Below are positions 35,964 to 36,582 of a DNA stretch of 36,582 nucleotides, one piece after another. The notes under the pieces were generated by a model. That model searched no databases. It was not told where the DNA came from and was given only the letters and a program-made list of their open reading frames with translations. The DNA lies in contig NC_069001.1 in the NCBI RefSeq assembly GCF_001194135.2, positions 17,421,015 through 17,457,596 on the forward strand, in the 5' to 3' direction. Numbering within the stretch: the stretch's first letter is position 1; every line of letters starts with the position of its first letter. The position numbers were made by a program, and so were the translations under genes. The stretch is from Octopus bimaculoides (taxonomy: Eukaryota).

Positions 35964-36153
35964 CAAAAAATATATATGCATGTATACACACATATGTATA
36001 TACTTTCATCTACATGTGTATATAGATACATATCAGATTACAGGACGTTAGAACAATAAACTACAGACAACGGAACGAACACATAGGAAAACAGAAAGCC
36101 ACTTGGAATTATTCATCAGCTGCCTCTATTCTAACTCGACGTTTCGAAGATAA
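35955..36153 (-). repeat. Inverted copy (~90% identity by hand) of 35380-35588
   Basis: The reverse complement reads ttatcttcgaaacgtcgagttagaatagaggcagctgatgaataattccaagtggct...ctatatacacatgtagatg...tgtattatatat. Confidence 0.9.
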
Positions 36154-36541
36154 ACAAATGAGCACTGCGGAATTCCTGAGGCAGAAGGTCCAGTTGTACT
36201 TAAATCGAAACTGAGGATGACATAAGTTAGCCATAGACAGCGAAACTGCTTTAATCGGCATATTACAAGGTGTACACCCAAATTTTAAATAATGTATATG
36301 GACACGCACACATACACAAACATGCATGCACACACACCCTTACACACACCACAGACGACTTTATTATTATGTTTTCCCAATAAAACTCATGAGAAAATAT
36401 ACTGTGACGAATAAATAACACGCATAGATACGATATACACACGCGACATTCACTCTCGTTTGTTTAAATTCTCATGAGGTTTGTGGAAAAATATAATAAA
36501 GTCGTTTGTGCTGTGTTGTGGTGTAGGGGGGCGTGTGTATA

Positions 36542-36582
<41 letters not shown>

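Overview
Repeat-dense, AT-rich eukaryotic scaffold segment with eight N-gaps and many simple repeats. The SINE families and composition look like a coleoid cephalopod, most likely Octopus; this is recognition from memory, not a database search. Only one host coding exon is supportable: 2982..2715 (-), an N-terminus plus first transmembrane segment resembling SLC16/monocarboxylate-type MFS transporters. It ends at a GTAAGT donor, and the rest of the gene is presumably left of the window. The remainder is mobile-element debris: a decayed full-length mariner with both TIRs and TA flanks (15998-17215), a mariner MITE, a Tc1 3' end, a hAT-like MITE, many tRNA-SINE copies from at least two modular families, and Penelope-like element (PLE) remnants (RT, GIY-YIG pieces, terminal repeats). 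The most interesting signals are (i) several minimal hammerhead-ribozyme-like motifs, mostly at PLE ends, including a CUGUNGA core variant shared by two diverged copies and downstream CUGAUGA-hairpin half modules, (ii) a 320-bp near-perfect palindrome with 158-bp arms and a 4-nt loop, and (iii) several inverted-repeat pairs that could form dsRNA. Nearly all long ORFs in the track are microsatellite or N-gap artefacts. No CRISPR, rRNA or intact tRNA gene was found. All alignments were done by eye.
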